Shown: piece after piece, positions 25,892 to 40,200 of the stretch
How the letters are laid out: each line of letters starts with the position of its first letter
Numbering within the stretch: position 1 is the stretch's first letter
Assembly (NCBI RefSeq): GCF_018977255.1
Contig: NW_024704742.1
Span: 58,530,001-58,594,000 of the forward strand
Source: Callorhinchus milii
Lineage: Eukaryota
Direction: 5' to 3'
Length of the DNA: 64,000 bases
The notes under the pieces: generated by a model
Databases searched by the model: none
What the model saw: the letters and a program-made list of their open reading frames with translations, nothing else
What the model was told of the DNA's origin: nothing
Translations under genes and position numbers: made by a program

Positions 25892-28800
25892 CTAAAAAAA
25901 TAATTTCAGAACACAAGAGTTTAAAACCAACAGAATTTTGCTTGTGCCTGTCTTGTTCCATTGCTCCTTTCCACTGCATAGAAGCCGGGCAATGAACAGA
26001 GTATTTGATGTTTAAAGGTAATTACTGATTCTGTATTATTACCAGGACATCAGTATTCAGGATAAACTGATTTTGATCTCTGTGTTTCACCTTGGCTTTA
26101 GTTTACTGTGAAACATCATTGCAGCTTGATTTGGTGTTATTTTTTATAAATTGTATTTTAAAACAATACAACAGTGAAGTCAGCGTTCCAGTTTTATCTT
26201 TATAATTTGTTTGTTATCCACCTCTTCCACCTAGGCAGTAATGTGTTAACTTTATACACCCTCCTATGACCCATTTCCCACCCCCGTCTCCCCTGGCTTG
26301 CTCTTTAATATCACATTATTGCTTGTTGCTGTCCTCCTGTTGAGCATTACTTGACTGGCTGTTTGTGGGACACTGCTGTGCACAAATTGACTGTGACATT
26401 TGCTTACAGATAGTCACAGTAAAATCATTTGAGCACCTTGAGATGCCAAACAATGCAGTAATAATAAAAAATAATTAATAGCACTTAAATTTGATATAGC
26501 ATCTTTCACACTGGGAGGACGTACCAAAGCACTTCACAGGATATACTGTGAAGAGCAGTGGCTGTATGTTGTGTGGGTGAAGGTAGCGCTCAATCAAATG
26601 TACTGCCTTTACCCCAAAAATGCAAGGATTATTTATCATTACTCTCAGGAACCCCTTGGCCCTCCACATTTAGTAGGATGTACAGGGAAAGATATTAACA
26701 AATTTATATGGTCAGTGGTGAGGTTGGGTGGAAAAAGAAGAGAAACATCCTTTCCTTGTAATTTCCCTTACTCAGAGGACTTGGTTGAGATTCTCAGTTG
26801 ACTACACTTGCCTTCTGATCCCAAGGTCTGAGATTACTCCAAGTTTTAACCTGAAAGCCATAATTTCTGTAAAATGTACAGAATTGTGAAGGATACTTAA
26901 ATTCTGTCTTAATACAGAAACCGATTCTTCTTTAATAACTGTGGAAAATTGGCTTCCACATTAAGACTGAATATAAGAATTTTCCACAATTTTGTGCAAT
27001 CGTTGTTTTTTGATCAGCCAGGGGTCTGACCCATGCAGAAACCCATCACCAAGCTTAAGAGTATCCAAACCAATCTGATAGTTCCATGCATCCCATCTAC
27101 ATGTGGAAATTCCAGAGATATTTATTGGAATGGAATGCACACTCTCTCTTCCTGGAGGGACATATCCTGCTTTCCAATTCTGGAGAGTAATAGGCAAAGG
27201 TTAGCAAGAGCCACCGAGAGTCTATGTTGGGGTAATGGTGAAATTAACCAGCTACATTTTCATAGTTTGCCATTTGAGAGAACTGGCTGGCAAGTTTCCT
27301 GCTGCTTGTCCAGCTAGGACCACCCTATTCGACAGCTATCGGAACTGATTGGGAAAGAATCCCTACGCCCATTAACTAGTCTACCTGTCCTGTGCTGTAA
27401 TGGAGTACTGCACCCCACCTGTCTCAGGGAACTGGACCACTGGGACCACCACAGAGGGCTGGCTCGATTCTGACATTCCATTGCCACACATCATCTTGAA
27501 GCCAATAGTTCAGCTTCATGACCCCGCTTACCTCCCTTCCAATACAATACCAATATAAAATTACATTTGTATAGCGTCTTTCCTGGGGCGATGGTCACTA
27601 GTTGGTTATTTGAAATCCGACAATATAAAATTTTCAGGCAAAATGATTTTCCAGGCTAAGACTGGTGTTCAGGTCCTAGTCATGCCATTTTGGGAATAGT
27701 GAACGCACAATCACTTACAAATGTCATTCTTCTCTGAACTCATGAATGCAGAACACATCGTACTAAGCCATCAAAGGTTTCTCCTTTAGTGACATTTCAC
27801 AGATACCTCACGAGCTTCTAGTGGTATTACGCCTCAATAATAATGTGGCTCTTGCTCAGTTTCCTAAGCATCCAGGATTAGGTTTTAACGCCATTGTAAG
27901 ATTAGAATGGAGCAGCAGCAGTTTCCAAACATTCTGAGATTCGTTTCGTACAGCAAGAGTAATATTTGCCGTGTAATTCCAGTGATTATCTACACTGTCA
28001 ATCATCAACCCCCCAAACAGCATATTAAAAATTACATTTCAGGATAAAGATGGCATGAGATTTGTTTAGCTTAAAACCAATTGACTGAAGATATCTTTGT
28101 GCATTATAGGAAAATTAAATGTATAGCTTCTATTAGATTTCTTTGGTAAAGCTCTAAAACAAGCAAAAATGGAAAGATAGTACAACCTGATATTTCTGTG
28201 ACAGTCAAGCTTGCAGTAAATTCCTGTAATTCCTTTTACAGACATTATAGTCACCGTAGAGCATTGAAAAAAATAACTATTATGAAATCTTTAAACATTC
28301 AGGTCACTTTAATTTCACAAGCTTTTATTTCTTTCGCTTACCTTGAGTAATTCCAAGGTAGATTTTTCAAAAGCGGTGCCGCACATAATCAGTTCTCATA
28401 CATGCACGTATCTGATACCCTTGACATAACAAATGCCATCATCTGTACTGTACAATGTGGGATAAATGCACAGCATTTGGGGCATCCTGATTGTGGGTGA
28501 TGCACTGACACTCGTGAATCAATACTGCCTCTCAATAGTGCCAAGGCTGGAATCACAGAATGCCTTTTATCTTTCTCCAATTCTCTTTCTCTCTGCTCCC
28601 ACCTTTCCAAATGTTTGTTGCAGAATTCTTTGGTGCATATAACAAATTAAGTAAATATGATGGGTTTGGCTTTTGTGTTTTCTACTGCGCTTTCCTGCTG
28701 GTTAATCAACCTGTGCCTAAAGAAGCACACCCGATAGAAGACAAAAGATTAACAACTTTGATGTCTACCGAGCTCAGGCCTCCGCATTACAGTAATGAAT

Positions 28801-28906
28801 GCATTAGCTCATTTTGTGTTTTTTTACTCGTTTCATTTGATATATTGTCTTTAACATTAGGATGACTCTATAAGTGCTTCACAGGATTTATTGTAAAATG
28901 TTGTGT

Positions 28907-29289
28907 GGAGTCTTGTAGTGTACTGGTTAAAGCGCTCGCCTCGCAAGTGAGAGGACCCAGGTTTGATTCGTAGGCAGGGCGAAACTTTAGGCAAGTTTGC
29001 TTACTCCAAATGCATCTGTTTACCTAGCAGTCGGTAGGAACCTGATTGTTAGTCGATTGGCGGATCGCTTTTCCAAGTTGATAATCCCTTCTAAATTAAA
29101 AAAAATTTGGTCACTCAATCCATAACTATGGTAGGACCCTGCTGTGTGCAATTGGCTGGCGCATTTTGCTGACAAAATATACAGTCAATTCACTTTATAT
29201 TATATATTATACTTTACAGTATATTCTGTGAAGTGGTTTGAGGCGTCTCGAAGATGTGATAAGGCGCTATATCAAATGCAAGGATTATA
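28907..29289 (+). mobile_element. Full-length tRNA-derived SINE, long subfamily (~380 bp)
   Basis: Related head (ggagtcttgtagtgtactggtt...ggtttgattc), an extra ~60-nt internal block (tctgtttacctagcag...gattggcggatc) and the same tail. Confidence 0.88.
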
Positions 29290-32200
29290 TGAAGAAAATG
29301 ACCAACTGAGAATAGTTATTGGAGATAAGACTAGCTCTAGCACATGATCGTGACCAATAGTCCATTTTCCTCTCGACTTACCCCCTGGCAATTCTTGTTC
29401 TACATTTTATGTCACTAATGTTTTGCTGAACATTATTGTAAGGAATTCTCACACACATTGAATTCATGAACTGATGGGACAAGGGTCTGTAACCGATGAT
29501 TCCTCATATACTAACCTCCTCATTTTCACTTTTCTGTCAGTTGTTGAGAGGAGGCTGTAATTTCCTATTGGTATGAGAGTCTTACAGTTTTGGCATAGAC
29601 CTTTCACTGATGTGGGGATAATCCCCCCATAGAATTCTACTTTATTTCAAGTTAAAACTGAGGGAAATGGCTTACTCACTGTTAAACAAAGCTACAGAAC
29701 AATGCACATGGTCCTATCCTTAGGATCATTGCCTTAAAATTTCAAACTGCAGAATTTTCAAAAAATCTTCAATTCAGTCTTAATTCGGAAGCCGGTTTTC
29801 CTAAATCCAGGTTTTCAAATTAAGGTTGAATTTAACACAAAACTAAGATTAAGATCATGTGAAATTTGGGCTCCTTTTGCAGTCAAATGCACCCAGGCAT
29901 TAGAGAGAAGGCGCAAGAACAATAAAGGCAGCAGATTGCAATGTTACTACCAGCACTGTAGGACTGAATAATAAACATTCAGGGTCAGATTCCCTCGAGT
30001 TAGGTGATTTTAAATGCTTCTGGTCTGTAAACCTCAAGTCTGAGTGGTTTTAGAATCCTCAGTGTGAATGATGCAAGGATACACATTAACATGAAGTGGA
30101 GTAAGCAATGTTATGGTTAATCAATACAAATGGAGCTTCGGTTTGATGAAACAGCGCAGCCTTGGATTTGCCCATTTGTAAGATGACAGTACAAATTGTG
30201 ACCTACAAAAACAAGTCGTCCAGTAAGCTCCCGCAGTGCGAGTAAATACCAATGTCAATCATTCACACCCTGGTTTACTTGCCTCTTTCTCTCCTTCCCC
30301 CACTGACCTTTGTCAGAACCAAGCTTAACCTCTCCGCCCCCAACCATTATTGTCATAAAGGAACAGCTAATGAAAGGACAAGCTTAAATGTCTTTAATTA
30401 TAAAGATCCACATGATGTCCGCAAAACACTGTGGTTTTGCTGATTTAAAACTGAGATACCAGTTAGAAGTATTTAAAGCTAAATTGGATTCAGTTCTGCA
30501 CTTTTGATTATAATCAAATTGACTATTAACCTTCATTAAAGGTCCAAATGATGAAATATTCCTCCAAAATCAGCTTGTTCCTGCTGTGTACAACATCTTC
30601 CTTAAGTTTCTAAATATTATGTGAATGATCTTGATGCAACTACATTAACCGGATTTGAGAAAGGAGAATCCTCCAATATAGGATTAGAATAAGTGGGATG
30701 TGGTGAAAGTGTAGGATATGTCAAATGTCTGGGGTAAGGAACCCTGCTCAGCCTTTTGACTGTGGAATTTTACATGCTGTTGATGAACCCAAAGGTAGGA
30801 GTGAAAAATTAAGCATGTATACTAAGGTCTGTCTCAAGACCTACCTCTTTGACCGCGATTTCAGTCAACTTTCCTCTCCTATCCCACTCGGCCCCCAGCT
30901 CAGGTGCCAAGCCATAATTGTTGTGCCTTGGGATGTTCTCCAGATGCAAAAGGCATATTTTAATTAAATTTATATTGCATTGTATTGCTTTGGGTATGTA
31001 TGTGCATAGAGGTAGTGAAGAGTAAAATGCTCTTCAAAATGTTCTGAACTATACACTGTCACGTTGTGGGTGCGGTTGCTTAATGCACTGCGCAGTGGAT
31101 TTGGTTGAAAGGATTGTCAGGACTGTGAGATCCATATACATGGTGTTTATAAACTTAAAGCCATCTCTTCACAGAACTGAGGAGGCTAAACACAGCAGCT
31201 AGTTATTTTGCTTTATGAGGAAAATATGATAAATAATAATAATCCTTGCATTTGATATAGTGCATTTTCACATCTTCGAGACGTCTCAAAGCGCTTCACA
31301 GAATATACTGCAAAGTGGAGTGACTCTCTGTTTTATGGGCGATAAAAATGATGTAATCATTCTTAGATCTGAGAAGCCTAAATTGAGAAGAATGAGGCTG
31401 TCTCCCCCAGAATGTGCTACAAAACAGGAGAGCAAGAAAAATATTGGCATTCACTGGCGATGACTAAGTGCACTGTTATGAGCAGGACTAGTGAAAATAA
31501 TATGATAAATAAATGATTCTTGTAAAGCATATTTCTCAGATTGTTCGATAGAGAATTTTTGTTGATGAGGAGAAACATCTGAACTCTTGAGCTTCAAATA
31601 AAGGGTTGGCGTTCCCTTGCTTGTCAAAATTGGGCACCAGGCCTGGTTAATGAGCTGTTCAAAGAAATCTTAACAGTGTCTGACATTTCTCAGTTCAGAG
31701 TGTGAGCATTGTGAAGCTAAAGCACCCAAATGATCCAATTCATTATTAGAACAGGGAAAAAGATTCACTGTATTCAGCTGTGTGGAATTTCGGGTGAAAC
31801 TGTGAAAACACAAAGAAAGATTCACACAAAGCCCTGTGGGCCTTTCATGGAGCAACATCTTTGGTGAAGCAGGGCAGCCCCCCAAAGTGGGAAAAGGTGG
31901 GAAGGATGAAAATCTGCAACTGGTGCATGAATGGACACTACAAATTACTTCTGTGACTGTTTCTATTGCATCTTCCCCTTTCCCCCCCTCTCCCTTAACC
32001 CGCTTATTGTGAACTGCTCCGAGACACATCCTACATGAACGGTGCAATATACAGTGCAAGTTGTTGTTGTAATCAATTATGCACATGAGAATTAGGAAGT
32101 CAGCAATTTGGTGGATTGTTGCTGCCTCTACAACTGCTCCTGCTGGTTTCTGGTAAGTTGTTTGGTGAGTTATCTGGGGATACAAGGCTTCAGTGACCTT

Positions 32201-34733
32201 CTTAATGCAGCATTACACAGCAAACTGTTCTCTGAGCCACAGAACCACAGACATTAAAGCACAGAAGAAGGCCATTCAGCCCATTGTGTCTGTGCTGGTG
32301 CTTTTAAAGATCCTTTAAGTTCCATTTACCTGCCCTTGCCTCATATTCTGTACTTTACTCCTTTTAGCTAAGACCATGATAACACTTAAAACTTTGGTAA
32401 GCATTTGAAGAGAAACAATTTAGAAAGATTTATAAAAGAGCAAGGAATTTGGAATGTAGACGCTAACTCCAGTGGACGAGCTAACACCAGTGCAGGCTTG
32501 ATGGGCTGAATGGTTACCTGCGATAGCAGGTGCGATAGCCCTCATTGACTGCTACACTGGATCTCACCTAGATTTAAACATTTATTTTTCAACATGTCTA
32601 ATCAGATGCAGAGTTCTGAATGAGTTTCTCTTGAATAATCTTTACAACAACTTGCATTGATATAGCGCGCCTCATGCAGGGTCTTAACAAAACCTTAAAA
32701 ACTCAAATGGCGTTCTCTTTCCTTCATCACAAACAATTTTATGTTGCTTGTAAGAGATAGATTTCTACATTTCTGCTAACATTTACAAACATAGGAATTT
32801 TTCCCCCTGGATAATTATAGATTGTTAACTTAATGGGGTGACTTTATTGGCTTGACACAGCTTGCTAATGATAACCCTTACGTCCAATGTGTTCTGTGCT
32901 CTTCACCACCATGGTATTCACAGTGATGGATTAATGACTCTGCCATCAATATTGCAGCCTAAGCAAGACACAAACTCCAGTTAATTAGCAGGAAAATTTC
33001 CAGCTAGTAAAGAAATACCGAAAATGAGTAAAACATAAACAAAAATGAACACTTTGCCTGTGTGGTTCCCAAAATAATAAGGCAAAAGAGCTATGTTTGG
33101 AAACTTGCCCACAAGAGTGTTTGCATGGTTCCTTTGTGAGCCATTAACTCCTCAGTGACTGACCCTGATCTTCAGAAAAATAGGTTGAAGATGCCATCAA
33201 ATTGTAGGAGCTGAGAAGTTGTCGGCGGTATCCATTATGTATTGATACAAAAATGTGTCTGAAAGCTGCTGAACGTATTGAACATAATGGTTTCAAAAGC
33301 CTGCAGTAAAGATCTGTACTAACCCTAAATGCCTGCCACATGGTGCTTCTCTATTAATTTCTCTGCTCGCAGAATGTGGGAGCCCAGATGTACCTATCTC
33401 ATGACGCTCTCCAATCCAGCAATTGTTTTTTGACGGGGGAGGATTAATTTTGCGAAACTACTCACCACGGGAAGTCAGCTTTGAAATTTAAATCATCTTT
33501 GGGATGCGAGATAAAAAGAAAACTGGTGAATGCTGAGAAGAGAACACAGCCCATAGGTGCAGCAGTCGGAGGAGGCACATGTAAATTATTCTCACGTAGA
33601 AAGCAAGTTTAGGGCTGCAGAGAATTGGTGTGGGAAGAACTGAAAGAGTCAGGTGCTGAAATTGTCTGGGGTGGGGAGCTGTGGGTGGTGGGTGTAATGG
33701 GCAAGAGAATGAGTGATGATTCACCTCTCTCTTTCAGACACCTGATGTAGATTTTCAGCAGTTTCAGTTTTTCTTCCAATGTAGTCTGGATTTTTGCTGC
33801 ACTTTTCCTTCGTTTTATCAAATTTCTCTCCGCATTTTCAATATCCTCTTTTGTGACAGGTTTTAAATTTGAGGCAAATTGTTATGATTTATTTCTCCAT
33901 TCAAATTTTTTTAAAAATGTCTAAGCTATTGCCAAGCAGAGAAAAAAACTTTGAAATACAAAGTAGAATCTTTGTCAAAAATCTACAGTTGTGTTTGTAA
34001 GAATCAATGCTAAAGCGAAGGAAGTGACCATTCAGTCTATGCTGGTACTAGCTCCTCCACTGGAGCTAACAAAATGCATCCTCATTAGAAGATTCTTCAT
34101 TACAGAAATGATTTATTTATAATGCAAATGGTGTGCGGATCCCGTTCACTGTGGATACATGCAGAGGGCCTGCTAGATTCATGGTGCTGAACAGTTCCCG
34201 TGACCAAAATGACTGACTTCCATCAGTTTATCACTGTTGTTCACTTCCTGTGCCATGCATGTGCAGCATACAAGAAATGGCATCAGCAGGGATCTGATGT
34301 TCTGAAAATCAACCATGTCCTTTAAGCGCAGGAAGCAAGCTGCCTATATATGCGTAATGAAATGAGGCACCGTGGCCTCACCATAAGACTGTATGCAATT
34401 TTATGGATCCCAACCACAGAGTTATAATGGGATTTCATTACACCCTGATTTCAATTCAGTGCTTTATATCCGTGTCCTTTAATATTATTCCTCTTAAAAC
34501 GGTTTATCCAATTCTTTTTTTTAACATGTCTTTATGGTCTCAGTCTCAAAAAACATTTATATAGAAGCCGCTTGTACAGAACCTTAGCCTTATGATTTAT
34601 ATCTCGTGCTTGACATTTCCAAAGACTTGAGTGTAATCTGCACACATTTCAGAATTGACTCTGCCTCTCAACAGATCGGAAACACTTTCCTCATTTTTTT
34701 AAAAAAAATGATAAGATGCTCTTCATTGCTTAC

Positions 34734-34847
34734 CCGACAGTGATGTCACTGGATTGGTTGGTGAGGTTTCAGCTTTCACTTTCCCATTCTCGAATGTGTA
34801 ACCCCCAGTCTGCTGCAGCTGCCAGTTCAGGCCAAATAGGTTCATAG
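34734..34847 (-). CDS. TENM3: Teneurin-3 internal exon (114 bp): juxtamembrane extracellular linker
   Basis: Acceptor ttttatcag at 34848 and donor G|gtaagc at 34733. Phase 1-1. Encodes (A)MNLFGLNWQLQQTGGYTFENGKVKAETSPTNPVTSLS(G). Confidence 0.92.
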
Positions 34848-34964
34848 CTGATAAAAACAAAACATACATCAAAACACCAGGGGCTAGAAATATTGCAAAG
34901 CAAATATTCACTTTGCACCCTATGGTATCTTGAGTCACAAACTTCCATTTAAGAAGCAAGTTAA

Positions 34965-35208
34965 CCTTCAGCCTCTCTGACCCCACCCTCTGGAACTCCA
35001 TCCCACAGCCCCTCCACCTCTGTCTACTTCGAGACCCATCTCAAGACCCTCCTCTTCGACCATGCCTTTGGTCACCCTCCTACCGCTACCACCCTCCACC
35101 CCTCCTGATCGCAACCACCAGCTCGGGTGCCAATCCCTGACTGACCAGCGCCTTGGGATGTCCTCCTGATGTGAAAAGCACTATACAAATGTAATTTGTT
35201 GTCGTTGT
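34965..35208 (+). mobile_element. L2 3' fragment about 120 bp from the acceptor of the 114-bp exon
   Basis: ctctggaactccatccc...cagcgccttgggatgtcctcctgatgtgaaaagcactatacaaatgtaatttgttgtcgttg. Confidence 0.8.
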
Positions 35209-35584
35209 TAACAAGCTCATTACCTCTGCATCTCAGTCCTCTTCCCCACTTCCCCTCAAAACCAAACGAATGCTGAAATGGATGTTGTTCCAACATCTTT
35301 TTTGTGAAATATTCTGTGGTCTATCACAACACAGCTTACGCCTTCAGCAGCCAGTATCGTTTGAAGCCTAATAATAAGCAACTCTATCATGTTTGGTCAG
35401 ACATACATGATCTTTTTGAATGGAATCTAAATATAGCTGAAACACATGCAAGGAGGTGCATCTCCTCATGATATACTGCATATCTAGAAGCAAAGGAAAA
35501 TACCACACAAAATGAATCATGCAATCATATCACCGCAACACATTTTTGGTATGTTCACAGTTTTACACCACAAAAAGAAACTCT

Positions 35585-35915
35585 TGTGAGGGTTTTAAAA
35601 GGATAAGCGGTGAAAGATTATTCCTGCTTATTGGTGGCAGTCAGGCAGAAACTCAGATTGTCACTCAGAGAGTTAAGCGGGAGATTAAAATAAACATTTT
35701 TTTTAAATTCAGAGGATTGTTAGAACATGGAATGCTGTGTCACAAGTGGCTACTGAGGCTGAAATTAAACAACACTTACAAGAGAATTGGATAAACATTG
35801 AAGAGGAACAATATAAAACAGTTTGCATGAGAGTCGGCATCAACAGAGGCTGAATGTGACAAATGGCCTCCTATTGTAATGAAATCTCAATGTTTTTAAG
35901 TAACATTCTTATGAT
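35585..35915 (+). mobile_element. Degenerate CR1 3' fragment
   Basis: Weak colinear similarity to 23720-24080. Confidence 0.6.
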
Positions 35916-35967
35916 TCCCTGGTTTGAAGTTACATTCTACACAAATAACTGTTTTAAAATAAAAAAA

Positions 35968-36390
35968 ACTTGCATTTGATATAACCCCAATCATTTTGTT
36001 GAGATGTCTCAAAGCATTTCACAGAATTTACTGTAAAATGCGCATTTACTTTGAGGGCAAAATGTGGCAGCCAGTTTTGTGCACAGCAATGTCTGACAAC
36101 AGCCATGGAGTGAGTGACCAATTTTATTTGGGGGATTAGTTGGCCAGGACACTGGGAATAACTCCCTTCTCTTTTCCACTAATGCCGTGGAATCCATAAC
36201 GTCCAACTGAACAGGCAGATGGTACCTTAGTTTAACAGCTCACCTGAAGAACAGTGCTTCCAACAATGGAACTTCCTCCCACCCCCCGACTGTGCTCGAG
36301 TGTCATCTTAGACTATATGATTCCACGTCTCGATGTGGGGCTTGAATCCACAAATCTGAGTGCAAGAGCACTACACTGAGCCAGATTGAC
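35968..36390 (-). mobile_element. Older Deu-domain SINE (SacSINE1/AmnSINE1-like)
   Basis: Degenerate Deu core (acaggcagatgg...gtttaac..ctcacctgaag...gagtgtca), tRNA-like head (cttgaatccacaa...ctacactgagcca) and L2-like tail. The family name is from memory. Confidence 0.7.
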
Positions 36391-39044
36391 ACACAAGATT
36401 AGCACAGGCACACGTTTTAGCACAGGTTCAGTCCAAAGGAATGGATCTTTGAATGCCAATAAACTGAGACTTACATACATTTCACAATGTCTGTCAATCC
36501 ACTTCACCAGTGATTGTCATATCTCCATTTGGATAGTGATCATTTTATAATCCTTGCATTTGATACAGTTCCTTATCACGTCAATGAGACGTCTCAAAGC
36601 GCTATCACATGATTTTACTGAGAAGTGTAGTGACTGGTGACTGTGTATTTGCAGGTAAATTTTGTTAGGACGTTGACAACACCTTTGCCAGACATAACAA
36701 ATGTATTTCAATGAAGAAATTATTTCTAAGATAGCGTCATTTCAAATCAGCTACTTTGTTTTAATAAAATAAGGCTATTTTGTTCTGGGAGTAAATGAAT
36801 GGACTTTCCAAACAGGATTTACCTGGTGGCATCACATACTGCAATGTCTGCACGCACTGACGTGGGATTTTCTTGACCTGTTTAGAACACATTGATTGTT
36901 CGAATACAAATCTGAACCCCATATAATCCTCACATGAACAAATAAAAACCCTGAATTACGATCTTTTCTTTACCTCCCATCGTTTCTTTAACTGTGACAG
37001 TTAAAGGAGGGGTCTCCTTTTCCTTCTTCCTGCAATGCGTTACAGGTCTGACTCCACACACTTTGGCAAGTGAGGAACTTTATAAAGAATAATTAACTTA
37101 ACAAGGATCAGAGAGAGCATGCTTGGACCGACTCAAAATCTGGATTGAAAATGCATTAAAAGACCTTGCTCTGACCGAAGTCTGTTTATCCTTTGGTTTC
37201 TTCTTCAAACAGTCCATAGGAAGCATTGTTTTTTTCAACCCCTTTTTTTCTATTACAACAAATATCAGTTAACCCTCATTGCTTTTCCACCTTCTCGAAC
37301 TACAAGTGAATATTTTGAACATTTTTGCGCTACTGGATTGGTGGTGGGAGTGTGGGGAAGGAAGTCAGTGAGATGGAGCCGAAATGCTTCATTATACTTC
37401 TCCTCAAAGGTTAAGAACAATAACTCACAATACAAAGAACCAAACCACTCAATCAAAAGGCAGCGACTGGAAAAGACACTGACAGGGAGGGAAAAAAAAG
37501 CACCAAATGGCGCAACGCCAAACGATCTTCAGCCGAGTCATTTGCATGATGATGACAGATAAACGCGGCATCTGATGAAAAGACTTAATATCAAGCACAA
37601 AGGGGTCAAATTAATTTAATGCTAAATGACACACTGGGCTGCTGATTTCTCTTTTTCTGTTGTGAAACAGTCTGTGTGCATATTTGGAGCTCATGAATAA
37701 CTAACATACAGAACAAGTTTACTTTCATGTTCCATATTAAGTCTGACAGGATTTCATACAAAGCACAATGTGCGGCTTATAAAGCTTTGAGCAAAGCAGG
37801 AAGCAAGACTTTCAAAATACTCGGAATACTATAATCAAAACAAGAATTGAAGATGAAGCACACAGAAGGGAAGATGCATAGTCATGTTTACCCCCTCTGG
37901 GGTTTTTGTGTGATTATGCTTGCATATTTTTCCATAAATTAGCCTTTATCTCAAGTCTCCCGCTGAGTTCATATGCTTCCTGACTGATAGCAAGTAAGAT
38001 GTGGAGTGAGTTTGCGGACTATTATTGCATGTTGTGCTGTTTCCAATAACAAGGACTTCATGCCACACAACCCTTTTTTTTTAAAAATAGGAGGGGGTTT
38101 CGTTTTTCTTCCTGCAATGCATTGCGGGTCTGACTCCAAACACTATCTTCTGGAAATGTGACACAAGAGACTTATATATAAATCTTTGCCTTATTCTTAT
38201 TGGACCCTCAGGAAATTTAAACTCAAAGAACAGTGGAAATCTTTAAATGAGTCTGGAGAATGAGAGGAAAAAGCCGATTGAAGAAGATTAAGAACTGTCA
38301 GCTCTAACACTGCTATTGTTATTAATGTTGCGTTGTCAATTAGTGTAGTTGGTAGAGAGAGACAGAAATATCACTTTGCTTGCAATGAAAAATGCTCTTT
38401 AAAAGTAGGACTCAGTGTTTATCAATGTTCTGTGTCCTGGGAAACTAACTGGCAGAAGCCTTATATGCATTATGCCTCATCAACATCATTTCTAAGGTCT
38501 GCAGCCCCTTATGAATGGCAAGGATGAAAGCAAATTCATAACAGCATGCAGTCTAGAAGCTTGGAAATGCATAAACCCCACTTTGCATCAGCTGTTTCAC
38601 TAATAATTTGCAGTCTTCCATGTCTTCCCCAACCTTCCTCCCCTCATTTTAGGTTCCCTGCTGTGAACCTCATTGTCTCAAATGGGAGAGCAGGACTTCC
38701 CCTATGAAATCACAAAACTTTTCTTGACACAAGAGGGTTGTGAACATCTGAAACACCCGCATAAAGCTATACAGACAGAATCAACTGGGATTTTTGAACA
38801 GCTGACAGACAGATTCTTGTGAAATATTTAAGGGAAAAAGTTGGGAAATGTAATTAGAAAGTCTAATAAATTACCATGATCTGATAAATTGGTTCAACAG
38901 GCCTGATGGGCTGAATCGTTTCCTTCCCCCATTTGTTTCTATTTCTATCACATCCACAATCTAAGACATTTCTTCACATGGACTATTTTTTCTACCTTTG
39001 ACAGATACATTGCAATGGCATTACAGTACAATACAATTGACATA

Positions 39045-39330
39045 TAAATAGTACCTTTCACATTGGGAAGATGTCTCAAAGAGCTTCACAGGATATATTG
39101 TAAAGTGTATTTTACTATGTATTTTGTGAAGCGTTTTAGCACTGCTATTTGGGCACTCGAGCTGGGAGTGGGAGCTGAAGGGGGTGGGGAAGGGAAAGAT
39201 AATTTAAAATGTATCAAAGAGGTATGCCTTGAGACAGACCTTAACCAGGTGAAGGAGGGAATTGGAGATATTCTGGGATGGAGATCCAGAAAGTGGGGGC
39301 AAAATGAGCTGAACACCCATCCACTATGGT
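39045..39330 (-). mobile_element. Degenerate L2 3' fragment
   Basis: cctttcacattgggaagatgtctcaaag tail and a purine-rich L2 3' body. Confidence 0.6.
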
Positions 39331-39862
39331 GGGTCGGTTATTGTGGGTCGTGAAACAGTTCAGTGTTTTTACTAATTCAGAGACCACCATCATGTAATCT
39401 CAACATTCCTTGTCCAAACTCTGAATTCTCACTTTCCATATCTCTCTCACACATACATGCATATTTCTCTATCTGCCATTTTCCACCCAGCCTCTCTATC
39501 CTAACTAGAACCGAACCCTCTCTCTTGCCACTTTACCTCACAACAACAAACTCTCAACCATGTCCAAATGAAGCTCAATCTTCTTTTTCTCCCTATCCAA
39601 CCTTACATACTCTGTCTTGTTTGTTTAATTCTTAGCCTTAAAAAGAGATAGTGCACACAGGAAGACTAGCTATCAGTAGATCTTATCCAAGCTTACTGTG
39701 GTAATTCCCTGAGCCAGATATAACCTACCTTGAGGCTGAAACACTAGAAAATACACAAGAGGCACTTCCAAACTATGTTTCACTCAGTTTCAAAGAAAGT
39801 CATAGAGGCAGCAGTTTTAAGACAAATATATAACGCTTTTCTAGAACTTTTCATATTGGGAG

Positions 39863-40200
39863 AACAACAACTTTCACTTATATAGCGCCCTCCACGCAGG
39901 GTAATGCCTCACAGCGCTTAAAGCATAGAACACTTCAAAGCTGATAGGCCACCAGAGCATGTTGAGAAGGATTAGGGTGGGGGGGGGGAGGGAGGTGATT
40001 CAAAGCACAATCAAAGAGATAAGTTTTAAGGCGAGCTTTGAAAGTGAGCGAGGCAGAAGGATTCTGGCATAGAATTCCAGAAGGTGGAGCAGAATAGCTG
40101 AAAGCTCATCGATTGAGAATGGGGCAGAATGGTGTTCTCTGAGCAGAGGCAGTGGCCAGGTGGGAAGGGTTTTAGAAGGCCTCAGTGAAGGGTTGGGTGA
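39863..40200 (-). mobile_element. Degenerate L2 3' fragment
   Basis: aacaacaactttcacttatatagcgccctccacgcagg tail plus an L2-like body. Confidence 0.6.

Noticed and set aside
31670..32185. 171-aa ORF and other 60-155-aa intronic or antisense ORFs (e.g. 19632-20096, 50965-51366)
   Set aside because: No recognisable domains. They overlap repeats or exon antisense strands and are the length expected by chance.
36974..37029. Possible cryptic minus-strand exon (cag...gtaaag)
   Set aside because: 56 nt is frameshifting, there is no polypyrimidine tract and there is no teneurin similarity.
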